64,000 nucleotides of DNA, from the NCBI GenBank assembly GCA_965202625.1, contig CBDBBI010000010.1, forward strand, positions 1,728,001-1,792,000, given 5' to 3'. The translations under genes were made by a program, and so were the position numbers. The stretch is from a bacterium (lineage in GTDB: Bacteria > UBA8248). Under the pieces are notes generated by a model, which was not told the DNA's origin, searched no databases, and was given only the letters and a program-made list of their open reading frames with translations. The first letter of the stretch is position 1. Each line of letters starts with the position of its first letter. Positions 28,667 through 39,084 of the stretch are shown in pieces.

Positions 28667-30223
28667 CTATTTTACCTCGATTTTCCGGGCGTAGGCGATC
28701 GCACCGCCTGGCGCTTTCCATTCGGGCGCGCCCTCCACGCGCAGCACTCGCCGGTTCACCTGCAATAGCCAGACTTTCGCCGAAGGTTCCACTCTCCGCA
28801 GCAACGGACCGGGATATAGACCGATCCAGAACATGAGCACCACCAAAGGCAGCATGATGATCCATTCACGCCGGCTCATGTCGGAAAGCCCCAAGTTCAC
28901 CCGCGCCCGCACCTCACCAAATAAAACGCGCTGGAGCATCCAAAGCATATAGACCGCAGAGAGTACCACCCCGGTGGCCGCGGCGGCAGCGAACCAGGCG
29001 CTGCGCTCAAACACGCCCAGCAGAATCGTGAACTCCCCCACGAAGCCGTTCAGCCCCGGAAGGCCGATGCTGCTCAACGCCGTGATGATAAAAAACGCCG
29101 AGAACGCGGGCATCACCCGAATGAGGCCGCCGAAGTCCTCGATCCTCCTCGTGCGCCTGCGCATGTAGATAAAACCCACGATGAGGAAAAGCGCCCCGCT
29201 GCTGACGCCGTGGTTCACCATCTGCAAAACGCTTCCCGAGGCACCAAGAAGGTTGAAGGAGAAAAGCCCTAAAATCACGAAACCCAGATGGCTGACCGAG
29301 GAGTAGGCTACGAGTTTCTTCACGTCGGTCTGCACCATCGCCATCAGCGCGCCATAGATGATCCCCACCACTCCCAGGCACATGAGCAAGGGCGCGAACT
29401 CATGGGCCGCAGTCGGAAACAACGGCATCGCCAGCCGCATGAAACCGTAGGTGCCCATCTTGAGGAGGACACCAGCCAGAATGACGCTTCCCGCGGTGGG
29501 CGCCTCCACGTGGGCGTCGGGCAGCCATGTGTGAAACGGGAAAACCGGTACCTTGATAGCGAAGGACACCGCGAACGCCGCAAACAGCCACGACTGCAAA
29601 GCGGGGTCCAGCGGCTCCCGAAAATGCGCCAGCATGTCGAACGTGCCGACGTCGCTCGCGAAATACAGCCAGATGATCGCCACGAGCATCAACACGCTTC
29701 CGGCCATGGTGTAAAGGAAGAACTTCACGGCCGCGTAAACCCTGCGGCCCCCGCCCCAGACCCCGATGATGAGATACATCGGAATCAGCATTCCCTCCCA
29801 GAAGACGTAGAACAAAAAGAAATCGAGCGCGAAGAACACGCCGAGCATCCCCGTCTCCAAGAACAGCAGGGACATGTAGTAGAGCCGCGTCCTGTGTCGC
29901 ACGTCGTCGAAAGAGAAGAGAATCGCTATAGGCGTCAGGAAGGTGGTCAGCATCACAAGAAGCAGACTGATGCCGTCCACGCCCACCTTGTAGGAGATTC
30001 CGAAACGGGGAATCCACGCAGCCTCCTCGACGAACTGCATTCCCGAGAATTCGGGACGAAAGGCAACGTACATTCCTGCAGACAGGGCGAACGTGACCAG
30101 GGAGACCGCCAGGGCGAACGCGCGAATGCCTCCGTTTCGGCCGCGCTCATCTTCACACGCGAACCCGAGCGCCAGCCCCCCGACCAGGGGCAAAAACAAC
30201 ACCAAAGTGATTATTCCAGGCAC
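28667..30223 (-). CDS. nuoM: NADH-quinone oxidoreductase subunit M (complete operon)
   Basis: AIKVPVFPFHTWLPDAHVEAPTAGS. Confidence 0.95.
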   Translation of the reverse strand: MPGIITLVLFLPLVGGLALGFACEDERGRNGGIRAFALAVSLVTFALSAGMYVAFRPEFSGMQFVEEAAWIPRFGISYKVGVDGISLLLVMLTTFLTPIAILFSFDDVRHRTRLYYMSLLFLETGMLGVFFALDFFLFYVFWEGMLIPMYLIIGVWGGGRRVYAAVKFFLYTMAGSVLMLVAIIWLYFASDVGTFDMLAHFREPLDPALQSWLFAAFAVSFAIKVPVFPFHTWLPDAHVEAPTAGSVILAGVLLKMGTYGFMRLAMPLFPTAAHEFAPLLMCLGVVGIIYGALMAMVQTDVKKLVAYSSVSHLGFVILGLFSFNLLGASGSVLQMVNHGVSSGALFLIVGFIYMRRRTRRIEDFGGLIRVMPAFSAFFIITALSSIGLPGLNGFVGEFTILLGVFERSAWFAAAAATGVVLSAVYMLWMLQRVLFGEVRARVNLGLSDMSRREWIIMLPLVVLMFWIGLYPGPLLRRVEPSAKVWLLQVNRRVLRVEGAPEWKAPGGAIAYARKIEVK

Positions 30224-30259
30224 CCGCCTCTCCCGCTCCTCAAGCCAACCAGAAAAATG

Positions 30260-32164
30260 TCAACGCGCCGTGAGATACAACAATATGACCAGCGCGCCGA
30301 TCAGCATCGAAACGGCGTAGCTTTTCACGTAACCCGTCTGGAGGCACCGCAAGGCGCCACCCAGGGCGCGCGCGAAAAAACCCGCGCCGTTCACCGCCGC
30401 GTCCACCAAGCCATCCTCAAAAACTCTCCAGCACCAGATCGAAGCCCGCTTCACCGGCTGAACGATACAGGCGTCATACGCCTCGTCCACATAGTATTTG
30501 TTCTCCAGAAGTCGGAAGAGGCCCGGCCAGAGCGCGACGTAAGCGCTGCCGCCGTCATCGCGCGCGACGTAAAAGTTATACGCCATGTAAATGCCGAGGA
30601 GCGCGATGGCAAGCGAGAACAACATCATCAAAATCTCGAGCATCACCTCATGGTGCGCCTCCACGGGTCCGCCAATAGAAGGAGCGAGGAAATCCCCCAG
30701 AACGTTCGCCCCCGGAATGAGGGGAATCCCCACCCAGCCGCCAATGAGGGAGAGCGCGGCAAGCACCTGAAGCGGCAAGATCATGGAACGGGGGGATTCA
30801 TGGACCTTCTCCTGCTCCTCCAGTCCCAGCCTGCAAGAACCAAAGAACACCCGAAACAAGAGCCTGAACATATAAAACGCGGTCATCAGCGCACCGGCCG
30901 CCCCCGCGAGCCACAGGAGAACGCCGCCGCCATCAGCCGTCATGGCAGAGTACAGAATCGCGTCCTTGCTAAAAAAACCGGCGAAGGGGAATATCCCCGC
31001 GATGGCCAGCGCGCCAAGCACGAAGGCGTTGCCCGTTTTCGGAAGCGCGGCGTGCAACCCGCCCATCCGACGGATGTCCTGCTCGCCGCCCAGAGCGTGA
31101 ATCACGCTCCCCGCACCCAGGAAGAGAAGCGCCTTGAAGAACGCATGCGTCATCAAATGAAAAATCGCCGCAGAAAACGCCCCGACTCCGCACGCCAGAA
31201 ACATGTAGCCCAGCTGGCTCACCGTGCTGTAGGCGAGCACTTTCTTGATGTCGTTCTGTACCAAGGCGATCGAGGCCGCCATCAGGAGCGTGAGCGCTCC
31301 CACGGTCGCCACCACCAGCATCGCCGAGGGAGAGAGCACGAACAGCGCGTGCGTTCTCGCCACCATATAGACGCCCGCCGTCACCATTGTGGCCGCGTGT
31401 ATCAAGGCACTGACGGGAGTGGGACCCTCCATCGCGTCGGGGAGCCACACGTAAAGGGGAATCTGCGCACTTTTGCCAGTGGCGCCGGCAAACAACAACA
31501 GGCAGATGACCGTCGCCGCTGTGTTATCGGGACCAAGAAGCACGGGCGCCTTGGAGAACACAGTGGAGAAATCTAGAGAGCCGAATACATTATACAGATA
31601 AAAAAGAGCGATCAGAAAACAGAAATCACCCACCCGGTTCACGATGAAGGCTTTCTTACCGGCCTCGGCTGCCGCCTTGCGCTCGTACCAAAACCCAATC
31701 AGCAGATAGCTGCAAAGACCCACCGCCTCCCAACCCACGAACATCACCAGGAAGTTGTCCCCCAGAACGAGCATAAGCATGGAAAACGAGAAAAGATTGA
31801 GATAGATGAAATAGCGGACCACACCCCGGTCGCCACGCATGTAGCCCATTGAGTAAAGGTGAATCAGTGTCCCGACGCCCGTGACGACGAGGGTCATCAC
31901 TGATGCGACCGGGTCTAGGGCGAAGCCCGCCTTCACCTCGAAGCCGCCGATGGGAATCCAGTCGAACAAAAAGGCGCGAATGAGCCGATCTTGGGTGGGA
32001 GTCGCCAAAAGGCGGAGCCAGCCCATAAGCGCGGCCAGAAACGCGAGCCCCATCGCCGTCGTCGCCACCCAGCCGGCAAATTTCTCCCCGCGTTTCCATC
32101 CAAAGAGGAGGTTCACCACGACGCCGAGGAGGGGGAAAGCCAATATGAGAATTAAACTATCCAT
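30260..32164 (-). CDS. nuoL: NADH-quinone oxidoreductase subunit L (complete operon)
   Basis: GKSAQIPLYVWLPDAMEGPTPVSALIHAATMV. Confidence 0.95.
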   Translation of the reverse strand: MDSLILILAFPLLGVVVNLLFGWKRGEKFAGWVATTAMGLAFLAALMGWLRLLATPTQDRLIRAFLFDWIPIGGFEVKAGFALDPVASVMTLVVTGVGTLIHLYSMGYMRGDRGVVRYFIYLNLFSFSMLMLVLGDNFLVMFVGWEAVGLCSYLLIGFWYERKAAAEAGKKAFIVNRVGDFCFLIALFYLYNVFGSLDFSTVFSKAPVLLGPDNTAATVICLLLFAGATGKSAQIPLYVWLPDAMEGPTPVSALIHAATMVTAGVYMVARTHALFVLSPSAMLVVATVGALTLLMAASIALVQNDIKKVLAYSTVSQLGYMFLACGVGAFSAAIFHLMTHAFFKALLFLGAGSVIHALGGEQDIRRMGGLHAALPKTGNAFVLGALAIAGIFPFAGFFSKDAILYSAMTADGGGVLLWLAGAAGALMTAFYMFRLLFRVFFGSCRLGLEEQEKVHESPRSMILPLQVLAALSLIGGWVGIPLIPGANVLGDFLAPSIGGPVEAHHEVMLEILMMLFSLAIALLGIYMAYNFYVARDDGGSAYVALWPGLFRLLENKYYVDEAYDACIVQPVKRASIWCWRVFEDGLVDAAVNGAGFFARALGGALRCLQTGYVKSYAVSMLIGALVILLYLTAR

Positions 32165-32176
32165 CGTCCCTTGTTT

Positions 32177-32479
32177 CTATAGCTTCAGCAGATTGAGCTC
32201 ATCAAGATCGGTGGACTCCCGGTTGCGGTAGATCAACACTACGATGGCGAGGCCAATCGCCGCCTCCGCAGCGGCCACCGCCATCACGAAGAAAACGACC
32301 ATCTGGCCCGCCATAGAATCCAGAAAACGGCCATAGGCCACGAACGCCAGATTCGCCCCGTTCATCATCAGCTCAATACATAGGATGACGACAATGGCGT
32401 TTCTGCGCGCCACGACACCGACGACACCGAGGGAGAAGAGAATCGCGCTCAAAATTAGATAATGCTCAAGTGGTGCCAC
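32177..32479 (-). CDS. nuoK: NADH-quinone oxidoreductase subunit K (complete operon)
   Basis: RRNAIVVILCIELMMN...AAAEAAIGLA. Confidence 0.95.
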   Translation of the reverse strand: MAPLEHYLILSAILFSLGVVGVVARRNAIVVILCIELMMNGANLAFVAYGRFLDSMAGQMVVFFVMAVAAAEAAIGLAIVVLIYRNRESTDLDELNLLKL

Positions 32480-32493
32480 GCCCCCGCACTCCT

Positions 32494-33012
32494 CTACCGG
32501 TTGCGCCGACGCGCCAACACCACGGCGCCGACAATACCAACGAACAACAAAACGCCCATGGACTGAAACGGCAGGACGTAGTCCGTCAAAAGAAGATTTC
32601 CAATGATCTGCGTGTTCCCGAGCTCGCTCACGCGCTCGGGCGGAAAAACCCCGCGCTTGCCCGTCATGAGGGAGGTGGTAAGAAACATCTTCAGCAGCAC
32701 GCTGAAGACGGCGAAGCCGGCCATAGCGCCCAACAACTTTTGGGCGGGCAACCGCAATTCCCTCTTCTCCTCACGCCCTAGGTTGATGAGCATCACCACG
32801 AACAGGAAGAGCATCATGATCGCGCTAGCGTAGATGATCACCTGAACGATGGCGACGAACTGCGCGTGAAGCGAGAGATACAAACCGGCAAGGCCCAGAA
32901 AGGTGAGTATCAGGGCGAGCACGCTGTAAAGGGGGTTGGGAAGCGCAACGACGGCCACCGCACCTACCGTCGTCACCGTCGCCAAAAAGTAAAAAAACAA
33001 GGAACTGGACAC
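32494..33012 (-). CDS. nuoJ: NADH-quinone oxidoreductase subunit J (complete operon)
   Basis: AQFVAIVQVIIYASAIMMLFLFVVML; position between nuoI and nuoK. Confidence 0.93.
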   Translation of the reverse strand: MSSSLFFYFLATVTTVGAVAVVALPNPLYSVLALILTFLGLAGLYLSLHAQFVAIVQVIIYASAIMMLFLFVVMLINLGREEKRELRLPAQKLLGAMAGFAVFSVLLKMFLTTSLMTGKRGVFPPERVSELGNTQIIGNLLLTDYVLPFQSMGVLLFVGIVGAVVLARRRNR

Positions 33013-33057
33013 TACCGCCCATCCTCCAGCGAGCGGGTGCCCGCCTGAAATTGAACC

Positions 33058-33537
33058 CTAGACATATGTAAGTAGGTTTTTCTCGTCATAGCGGGCGTGC
33101 AGCTCCGGATAATCCTCAGTCCGACGCACCAGTAAATCCTCCTTCGCATAGAGGAACTTGCTCCGATCGTCCTGGCAAAATTCATATTCGTCGCCTAGGA
33201 CGATCGCGCCCACAGGACACGCCTCCTCGCAATATCCGCAAAAGATGCAGCGCAGCTCGTTGATCTCATAAACGCTAGCGTAGCGCTCGCCCTTCGATGT
33301 GGGCGCCGAAGGATCATTCTCCTCTGATTCCACGTAGATGCAGTCCACCGGACATGCCGCAGAGCAGAGTTTACACCCCACGCAGCGCTCCAGGCCGTCC
33401 TGCCAGCGCAACAGCTTGTGGAGACCGCGATAGCCCACGGGCATCTCCTCCTTCACGTCGGGGTATTGCACCGTCACCCGACTCTTGAAGGAATGCCTGA
33501 GCGTCAGCCACAATCCCCTAAAAATCTCGCCGAGCAT
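33058..33537 (-). CDS. nuoI: NADH-quinone oxidoreductase subunit I
   Basis: Two CxxCxxCxxxCP motifs (CVGCKLCSAACP; CIFCGYCEEACP). Confidence 0.97.
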   Translation of the reverse strand: MLGEIFRGLWLTLRHSFKSRVTVQYPDVKEEMPVGYRGLHKLLRWQDGLERCVGCKLCSAACPVDCIYVESEENDPSAPTSKGERYASVYEINELRCIFCGYCEEACPVGAIVLGDEYEFCQDDRSKFLYAKEDLLVRRTEDYPELHARYDEKNLLTYV

Positions 33538-33563
33538 GAACCCTCTCCCCCTTCAGCGACACC

Positions 33564-34544
33564 CTAGCCAATGAAAACGATCGCGCCGGCCGTGACAATC
33601 ACGTTCAGGATGGACAGAGGCAGGAGCACCTTCCATCCAAAACCCATAAGTTGATCGTAGCGCAGGCGCGGCGTGGAAGCGCGCAGCCACATGAAGAAGA
33701 ACATGAACGCCAGCACCTTGAGCAAAAACCATACGACGGGCGGCAGCAGCGGCCCCCGCCATCCTCCAAGGAAAAAAGTCGCGCCGACTGCCGAGAGCGT
33801 AATCATCGCGCAATACTCGGCGAGAAAATAGACCGCGAAGTGCATGCTGCTGTATTCGGTATGAAAGCCGCCGGTGAGTTCGCTCTCCGCCTCGGGCAAA
33901 TCGAAGGGAGCCCGGTTCGTCTCCGCCAACATGCAAATGACGAAAAGCAGAAAACCCATGGGCTGCAATACGATATAGGGCAACTCCGCCTGATTCTCCA
34001 CGATTTCCTTAAGGCTCAGGGTACCAGAAAGCATGACCACACCAAGCAGCGACATGCCAAGCGAGAGTTCGTAGCTGATCAGCTGCGCCGCCGCCCGAAG
34101 CCCGCCGATAAGCGGATATTTGCTGTTCGACGCCCATGAGCCGAGCACGACCCCATAGACTCCCATACCCGCCAGGGCGAAAATGTACAGAATGCCAACG
34201 TTTACGTCGGCCACCACCAAATCCACCTTCTCTCCGAAGACCGTCACCGAGTCTCCAAAGGGCACGACAGCGAAAGCCGCCAGAGCGGGAATGAGCGTGA
34301 TGGCCGGCGAGAGGACGTAAATCACCTTGTTCGCCTGGGCGGGGATAATGGTTTCCTTAAACATGAGTTTGAGACCATCCGCAATGGGCTGAAGAAGCCC
34401 CGCCGGGCCCACACGGTTGGGGCCCACGCGCACCTGCACGAGCGCGAACACGCGCCGCTCCATCCACGTCATGTAAGCGGCGAGCAGCAAGAGCCCGCCA
34501 AAACCCACAAGAACCTTTGCGATGATGACGAGAAGCGAGGCCAT
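33564..34544 (-). CDS. nuoH: NADH-quinone oxidoreductase subunit H (complete operon)
   Basis: [26 protein letters not shown]. Confidence 0.95.
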   Translation of the reverse strand: MASLLVIIAKVLVGFGGLLLLAAYMTWMERRVFALVQVRVGPNRVGPAGLLQPIADGLKLMFKETIIPAQANKVIYVLSPAITLIPALAAFAVVPFGDSVTVFGEKVDLVVADVNVGILYIFALAGMGVYGVVLGSWASNSKYPLIGGLRAAAQLISYELSLGMSLLGVVMLSGTLSLKEIVENQAELPYIVLQPMGFLLFVICMLAETNRAPFDLPEAESELTGGFHTEYSSMHFAVYFLAEYCAMITLSAVGATFFLGGWRGPLLPPVVWFLLKVLAFMFFFMWLRASTPRLRYDQLMGFGWKVLLPLSILNVIVTAGAIVFIG

Positions 34545-37142
34545 CTACACGCCCGTCCCTTGTGTGATCACCACTTTTCTCACCTGAATCTCCACCCCCT
34601 GGCGCCCCGGCGCGTCTCCGAGGTTGAGGGCGGAACCCCCATGCGCGCGCAAATAGCCCTCCGGGGCGAAGACGACGCCGACGGGTGCGTTCTTCTCAAT
34701 CCGTATGGGAAGTTGAACGCGCGCGCCACCCATTTCGAATTCCACGAGCTCCCCATCCCCCGCGTCCAGGACTTCGGCGTCGGCGGGCGATACGACGAGC
34801 GCGGCACCGAGCATGTCGGCGAGATGCTGGGCCGACGCCGCATACGCTCCCGAGAGCCACAGAACAGGCGTCAGGAGCATCCGCAGGCCCGTACCGCGCG
34901 CCTCCTTCTCCGGAATAAGCGCGATCTGATACGCCCCGGTGCGCACCCTTTCCAGATGCAGTCCCTCGTCGGGAAGGCGGCCAAAGGCGTTCGCGTAATC
35001 GCCGACCAGCGCGCGCACCTGCGCCTGAATTCTATCGATCGATACCGCCCGTAGAGGTCGCTCCATCGCTTTGGCGACGTCCACGAACGCCTGCCAGGCG
35101 TCAGGCGTCATTTTCTCGATGGGCGGCTTGAGGGCGCGCGGAAGATACTGCACCCTGCGCTCCAGGTTTGTGACGCTGCCCGCCTCCTCATACAGCGTGG
35201 GCGCTGGAATTACCACGTCGGCGTATTCCGCGCTCGCGTTGAGGTGAGCAGTTTGCAGCACGACGAAATCGGCTTTCTCGAGCGCCGAGCGCGTGTGCGC
35301 GCCATCGGGACGCTCCGCCACCGGGTCGCAGCCCAAAAGATAAAGCGCTTTGAATTCGCCGCTCTCCAGTCCATTGATTATGCCGTTCGCGTTTTTGCCG
35401 GCCTTCGCGCTGGGTGGTCTCCCCCACGTCTCCTCGCAGGCGGCGCACTTCTTTTCATCCAACACGCCGCCCCCGGGCAAGGCGTCTGGGCGCAGGCCCA
35501 TGTCCATCGCTCCCTGAAGGTTCGGGACGCCGGCGGCGAAGAGCACGTTGGCGCGCAACAGTAACCCCAAGTTGATCGCCTCCGAGACAGCAACCTTACC
35601 CGTCTCTCCGGGTCCCGAGAGCACGCTCGCCGCGCCGTCCGCCTCCATGAGTGCATGGGCTGCAGCTTTGAAGTCCGAGGGTGCTATTTGTGCCTCCTCG
35701 CAAAGACGACTCACGTCCGAAGCAGCAAGGAGCCTGGCGTATTCTTCCGCGTTCGCCCCCTCTGGCCTCACCCCACCGTCCAAAAGACATTTCGCCAACG
35801 CCCGTAGTGTGCGCGAGACGCCACCTAGGGCGGGCGTCAGATGATGCGTCCGGCCTAGGACGCGCAGATCAACGCGTCTTTGGTTCACATTGACGATGAC
35901 GGCGCCCGCTCTATGCGCTTTTCTAATTTGAAGCGCGAGTATCGGATGCTGGGAGAACGGATCACTCCCCACGATAACGATGGCCTTCGAGCGGCCCAGC
36001 TCCGCAATCGTCCCCACCCCGCCTACTCCGCCAAAGGCCGCGTGCTGGGCGTCGGTTTGCGCAATGTCGCGCGGATGAATCCGGCTGTCGATGTGGTTGG
36101 TCCCCAGAACCGAACGCATGAACACGCCGAACGTATACGCAGTTTCGTTCGTGGATGCGGCCCCACCCAAGCCGGCGATCGCCTCGCCGCCCTCCCGCGT
36201 GATGATGGCGGCAAAACGCCGCGCCACCTCGCCAACGGCTTCCGCCCAGCCAACCGGCGTCAGATTACCGTCTTTTCGGATCATCGGCTGATAGACGCGC
36301 CCTTCCCCATGCGCTCCACTCCAACCATAGCGCGCGACGTCGCAAATCCACGTGTCGTTGATCTTCTCGTTCTCGCCCGCCGTCACGCGCTTGATCTCGC
36401 CGTCCTTCGTCCACACGCTCTGGCGGCAACCCACGCTGCACAGCACACAAGGAGCCTGAGTTTCCCGCATCTCCCACACGCGCGCGGTGAAACGGTATTT
36501 ATTGTCTGTGAGCGCACCGACGGGGCAGATGTCAATGACGTTGCCCGAGACGACGCTCGTCAGGGGCAAATCGCCAAAAACGCCTACCTCCGTTCGATCG
36601 CCCCTTTGCGACCAGCCAAATTCCGCCCCGCCGTCGATCTCCTCACTAAAACGGATGCAACGGGTGCAATGCACACAGCGGTTCATCTCCGGCTTGATAA
36701 AAGAGCTGATGTCCTTGGCCGCATACACGCGCCTGGCCTCATGCGTTCTGCTGATCGCCTTGCCATAGGCCATGGTCTGATCCTGCAAAGGACATTCGCC
36801 ACCTTGATCGCACACTGGACAATCGAGCGGGTGGTTTTTCAGCAAAAACTCAAACACCCCCTCCTGGGCCTCCACAACGCGAGGGGTTTGCGAGCTGACC
36901 ACCATACCCTCGGCCGCCGGCGTGGCGCAGGAGGGTTGAAGTTTCGGTATCGGTTTGCCGTTACCGGCGTCCAGGACCTCCACGAGACAGGCACGGCACT
37001 GGCCCACGATGGAGAGGTTCTTGTGATAACAAAAATGCGGAACGTGGGCGCCCATCCGCAAGGCAGCCTCTAGAACGGGCAAGTCCTTCTCTATCGTGAC
37101 GCTCCGCTCGTTGAACACGAACGTTACCCGCTCATTCGCCAT
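34545..37142 (-). CDS. nuoG: NADH-quinone oxidoreductase subunit G
   Basis: PHFCYH..CRACLVE, HPLDCPVCDQGGECPLQ, CVHCTRC, CVLCSVGC. Confidence 0.96.
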   Translation of the reverse strand: MANERVTFVFNERSVTIEKDLPVLEAALRMGAHVPHFCYHKNLSIVGQCRACLVEVLDAGNGKPIPKLQPSCATPAAEGMVVSSQTPRVVEAQEGVFEFLLKNHPLDCPVCDQGGECPLQDQTMAYGKAISRTHEARRVYAAKDISSFIKPEMNRCVHCTRCIRFSEEIDGGAEFGWSQRGDRTEVGVFGDLPLTSVVSGNVIDICPVGALTDNKYRFTARVWEMRETQAPCVLCSVGCRQSVWTKDGEIKRVTAGENEKINDTWICDVARYGWSGAHGEGRVYQPMIRKDGNLTPVGWAEAVGEVARRFAAIITREGGEAIAGLGGAASTNETAYTFGVFMRSVLGTNHIDSRIHPRDIAQTDAQHAAFGGVGGVGTIAELGRSKAIVIVGSDPFSQHPILALQIRKAHRAGAVIVNVNQRRVDLRVLGRTHHLTPALGGVSRTLRALAKCLLDGGVRPEGANAEEYARLLAASDVSRLCEEAQIAPSDFKAAAHALMEADGAASVLSGPGETGKVAVSEAINLGLLLRANVLFAAGVPNLQGAMDMGLRPDALPGGGVLDEKKCAACEETWGRPPSAKAGKNANGIINGLESGEFKALYLLGCDPVAERPDGAHTRSALEKADFVVLQTAHLNASAEYADVVIPAPTLYEEAGSVTNLERRVQYLPRALKPPIEKMTPDAWQAFVDVAKAMERPLRAVSIDRIQAQVRALVGDYANAFGRLPDEGLHLERVRTGAYQIALIPEKEARGTGLRMLLTPVLWLSGAYAASAQHLADMLGAALVVSPADAEVLDAGDGELVEFEMGGARVQLPIRIEKNAPVGVVFAPEGYLRAHGGSALNLGDAPGRQGVEIQVRKVVITQGTGV

Positions 37143-37159
37143 CTATCGTCTCTCCCCCA

Positions 37160-38464
37160 TCACACAGCAGCGGGATACGGGCTGCCCAGAGGACAACGGC
37201 CCAGAGAGATGTGTCGCTCAAATTCATCGTGAAACTTCGTCAAGAACGCACCAAACATCATAGCGCACGCATCCGAGAGCACGCAGATGGTGTTACCGCG
37301 CATATTGGGGTCAATCGACGCGAGCGTCTCTAAGTCGTCGGTCTTTCCCGCGCCTTTTTCCACCCGGCCCAGAATCTCCGAAACCCAGCCGGTTCCCTCC
37401 CGGCACACCGAGCACTGCCCGCAGGACTCGTGCTCGAAAAAGGCGGCGAGCCTGCCTGCAGCCTGCACCATGCACGTGGTCTCGTCCATGACGATAACGC
37501 CGCCGCTGCCGCCCATGCTGCCCGCCCGGGCAAGGGAGTCAAAATCCATTCTCACCTTGTCCTCATATACCTCCCGGGCGTTGAGCACCGGCGCGCTCGC
37601 CCCGCCCGGAATCACCGCCTTCAGGGCGGCGCCGTTCCTCATCCCGCCGCAATGCGCATGAATCATATCTTCGCAAGTCAGGCCGAGCGGCAGTTCATAA
37701 AGCCCCGGCTTCGCCACGTGGCCAGAGACGCAATACATGCGCGTGCCGGCGTTCTTCTCGTCAACCCCGATTCCAGCGAACCACTCTGCTCCCCTGTTCA
37801 CGATGTGCGGAAGATTCGATAGGGTCTCCACGTTGTTGATGACCGTCGGACGCCCATATAGACCAACGACCGCCGGAAACGGCGGCTTCAGGCGCGGGTG
37901 CCCGCGCTTGCCCTCAAGTGATTCGAGAAGTCCGGTCTCCTCGCCGCAAATGTAGGCCCCGGCGCCCCGGTGGGTATCGATATCGCACGAGAAGCCACTG
38001 CCGAAGACGTTGCGGCCAACGTATCCCCTATCGTAGGCTTCCGCCAGCGCCCTCTCCAGCACGCGCCAAGGGGCGACGAACTCGCCCCGAATATAGACGT
38101 AAGCCTTCTCGATGCCCACGGCGTAGCAAGCGATGAGAATACCCTCAATGAGCTGGTGCGGGTCGCGCAGCATCAATTCGCGATCCTTGAACGTGCCGGG
38201 CTCCCCCTCGTCCGCGTTGACGGCCAGGTATTTCGGCCCTTCCACCTGTGGCACGAAACTCCATTTGAGGCCGCACGGAAAACCAGCGCCGCCGCGCCCG
38301 CGCAGGCCCGACGCCTTGACGAGCTCGATAACGTCGGAGGGCGTCGTCGCGCCGAGTATCCGCCGAATCGCCTCGTAGCCGCCCGACGCCTCATAGCCCC
38401 CTATGCGCGGCGCACCCGGATTATTGAAGCGGCCCGTCACAATTTTTTCCAAAACCAGCGCCAT
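37160..38464 (-). CDS. nuoF: NADH-quinone oxidoreductase subunit F
   Basis: GRGGAGFP, NADEGEPGTFKDR, GAGAYICGEET, ESCGQCSVCREG. Confidence 0.97.
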   Translation of the reverse strand: MALVLEKIVTGRFNNPGAPRIGGYEASGGYEAIRRILGATTPSDVIELVKASGLRGRGGAGFPCGLKWSFVPQVEGPKYLAVNADEGEPGTFKDRELMLRDPHQLIEGILIACYAVGIEKAYVYIRGEFVAPWRVLERALAEAYDRGYVGRNVFGSGFSCDIDTHRGAGAYICGEETGLLESLEGKRGHPRLKPPFPAVVGLYGRPTVINNVETLSNLPHIVNRGAEWFAGIGVDEKNAGTRMYCVSGHVAKPGLYELPLGLTCEDMIHAHCGGMRNGAALKAVIPGGASAPVLNAREVYEDKVRMDFDSLARAGSMGGSGGVIVMDETTCMVQAAGRLAAFFEHESCGQCSVCREGTGWVSEILGRVEKGAGKTDDLETLASIDPNMRGNTICVLSDACAMMFGAFLTKFHDEFERHISLGRCPLGSPYPAAV

Positions 38465-38476
38465 TTTCTGAATCCT

Positions 38477-39061
38477 TCAGCCTTGCGTCTCGCCAGAGGG
38501 TGCCGCCGCGCCGGCGACCGCGTCAGCTCCGATGGGCACGACCTCCTCACCCTTCTCCAGGGCGCTGAAAATATCGTCCATCACCTCGATTGTGATGCGC
38601 TCAAAGTAATCCTCGTTAATCTGCACGCACGGCGCGCCGCCGCAGGCGCCCAGACATTCGACCGCCTCGATCGAGAATTTTCCATCCGTCCGCGTCTCGC
38701 CCACCCGACAACCCAGGCGATTCTCCACCTCCTGCAGCAGCTTGCCCGCCCCCATGAGCGCGCATGAGAGGTTGTTGCACACCTGTACGTGGTATTCCCC
38801 GATGGGCTGGGTCTTGAGCATGGTGTAGAAACTCACCACCCCCCACACCTCCATGGGGGAGACCTCAAAAATCTCGGCTACGCGGCGCATCGCCGCGCTG
38901 GTGATGAAGCCTGCCTGCTCCTGCGCCAGCCACAACGCGGGGATGAGGGCGGAGCGCTTCACCGGATACTTCTCAATAACGCGATCGAGCACCGCGCGGG
39001 CCTCGGGCGAGAACTCGAAACGCTCATTCTCCTCCGCATGGGGAAACTGTATCAACGCCAA
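38477..39061 (-). CDS. nuoE: NADH-quinone oxidoreductase subunit E
   Basis: VCNNLSC and ECLGACGGAP 2Fe-2S ligands. Confidence 0.95.
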   Translation of the reverse strand: MALIQFPHAEENERFEFSPEARAVLDRVIEKYPVKRSALIPALWLAQEQAGFITSAAMRRVAEIFEVSPMEVWGVVSFYTMLKTQPIGEYHVQVCNNLSCALMGAGKLLQEVENRLGCRVGETRTDGKFSIEAVECLGACGGAPCVQINEDYFERITIEVMDDIFSALEKGEEVVPIGADAVAGAAAPSGETQG

Positions 39062-39084
39062 AACAACGCCACCCTCCGCCTCTC

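Noticed and set aside
18915-30223. Double-nuoM (2M) type complex I
   Set aside because: The two nuoM genes belong to separate operons, one each
29288-31576. Long plus-strand ORFs opposite real genes (29288-31576, 9924-11450 and similar)
   Set aside because: Antisense shadows of GC-rich coding genes with no recognisable motifs
32471-32480. TGGTGCCACG match to the tRNA-Phe 3' end as an att site
   Set aside because: Only 10 bp, at the nuoK start inside a conserved operon; chance match
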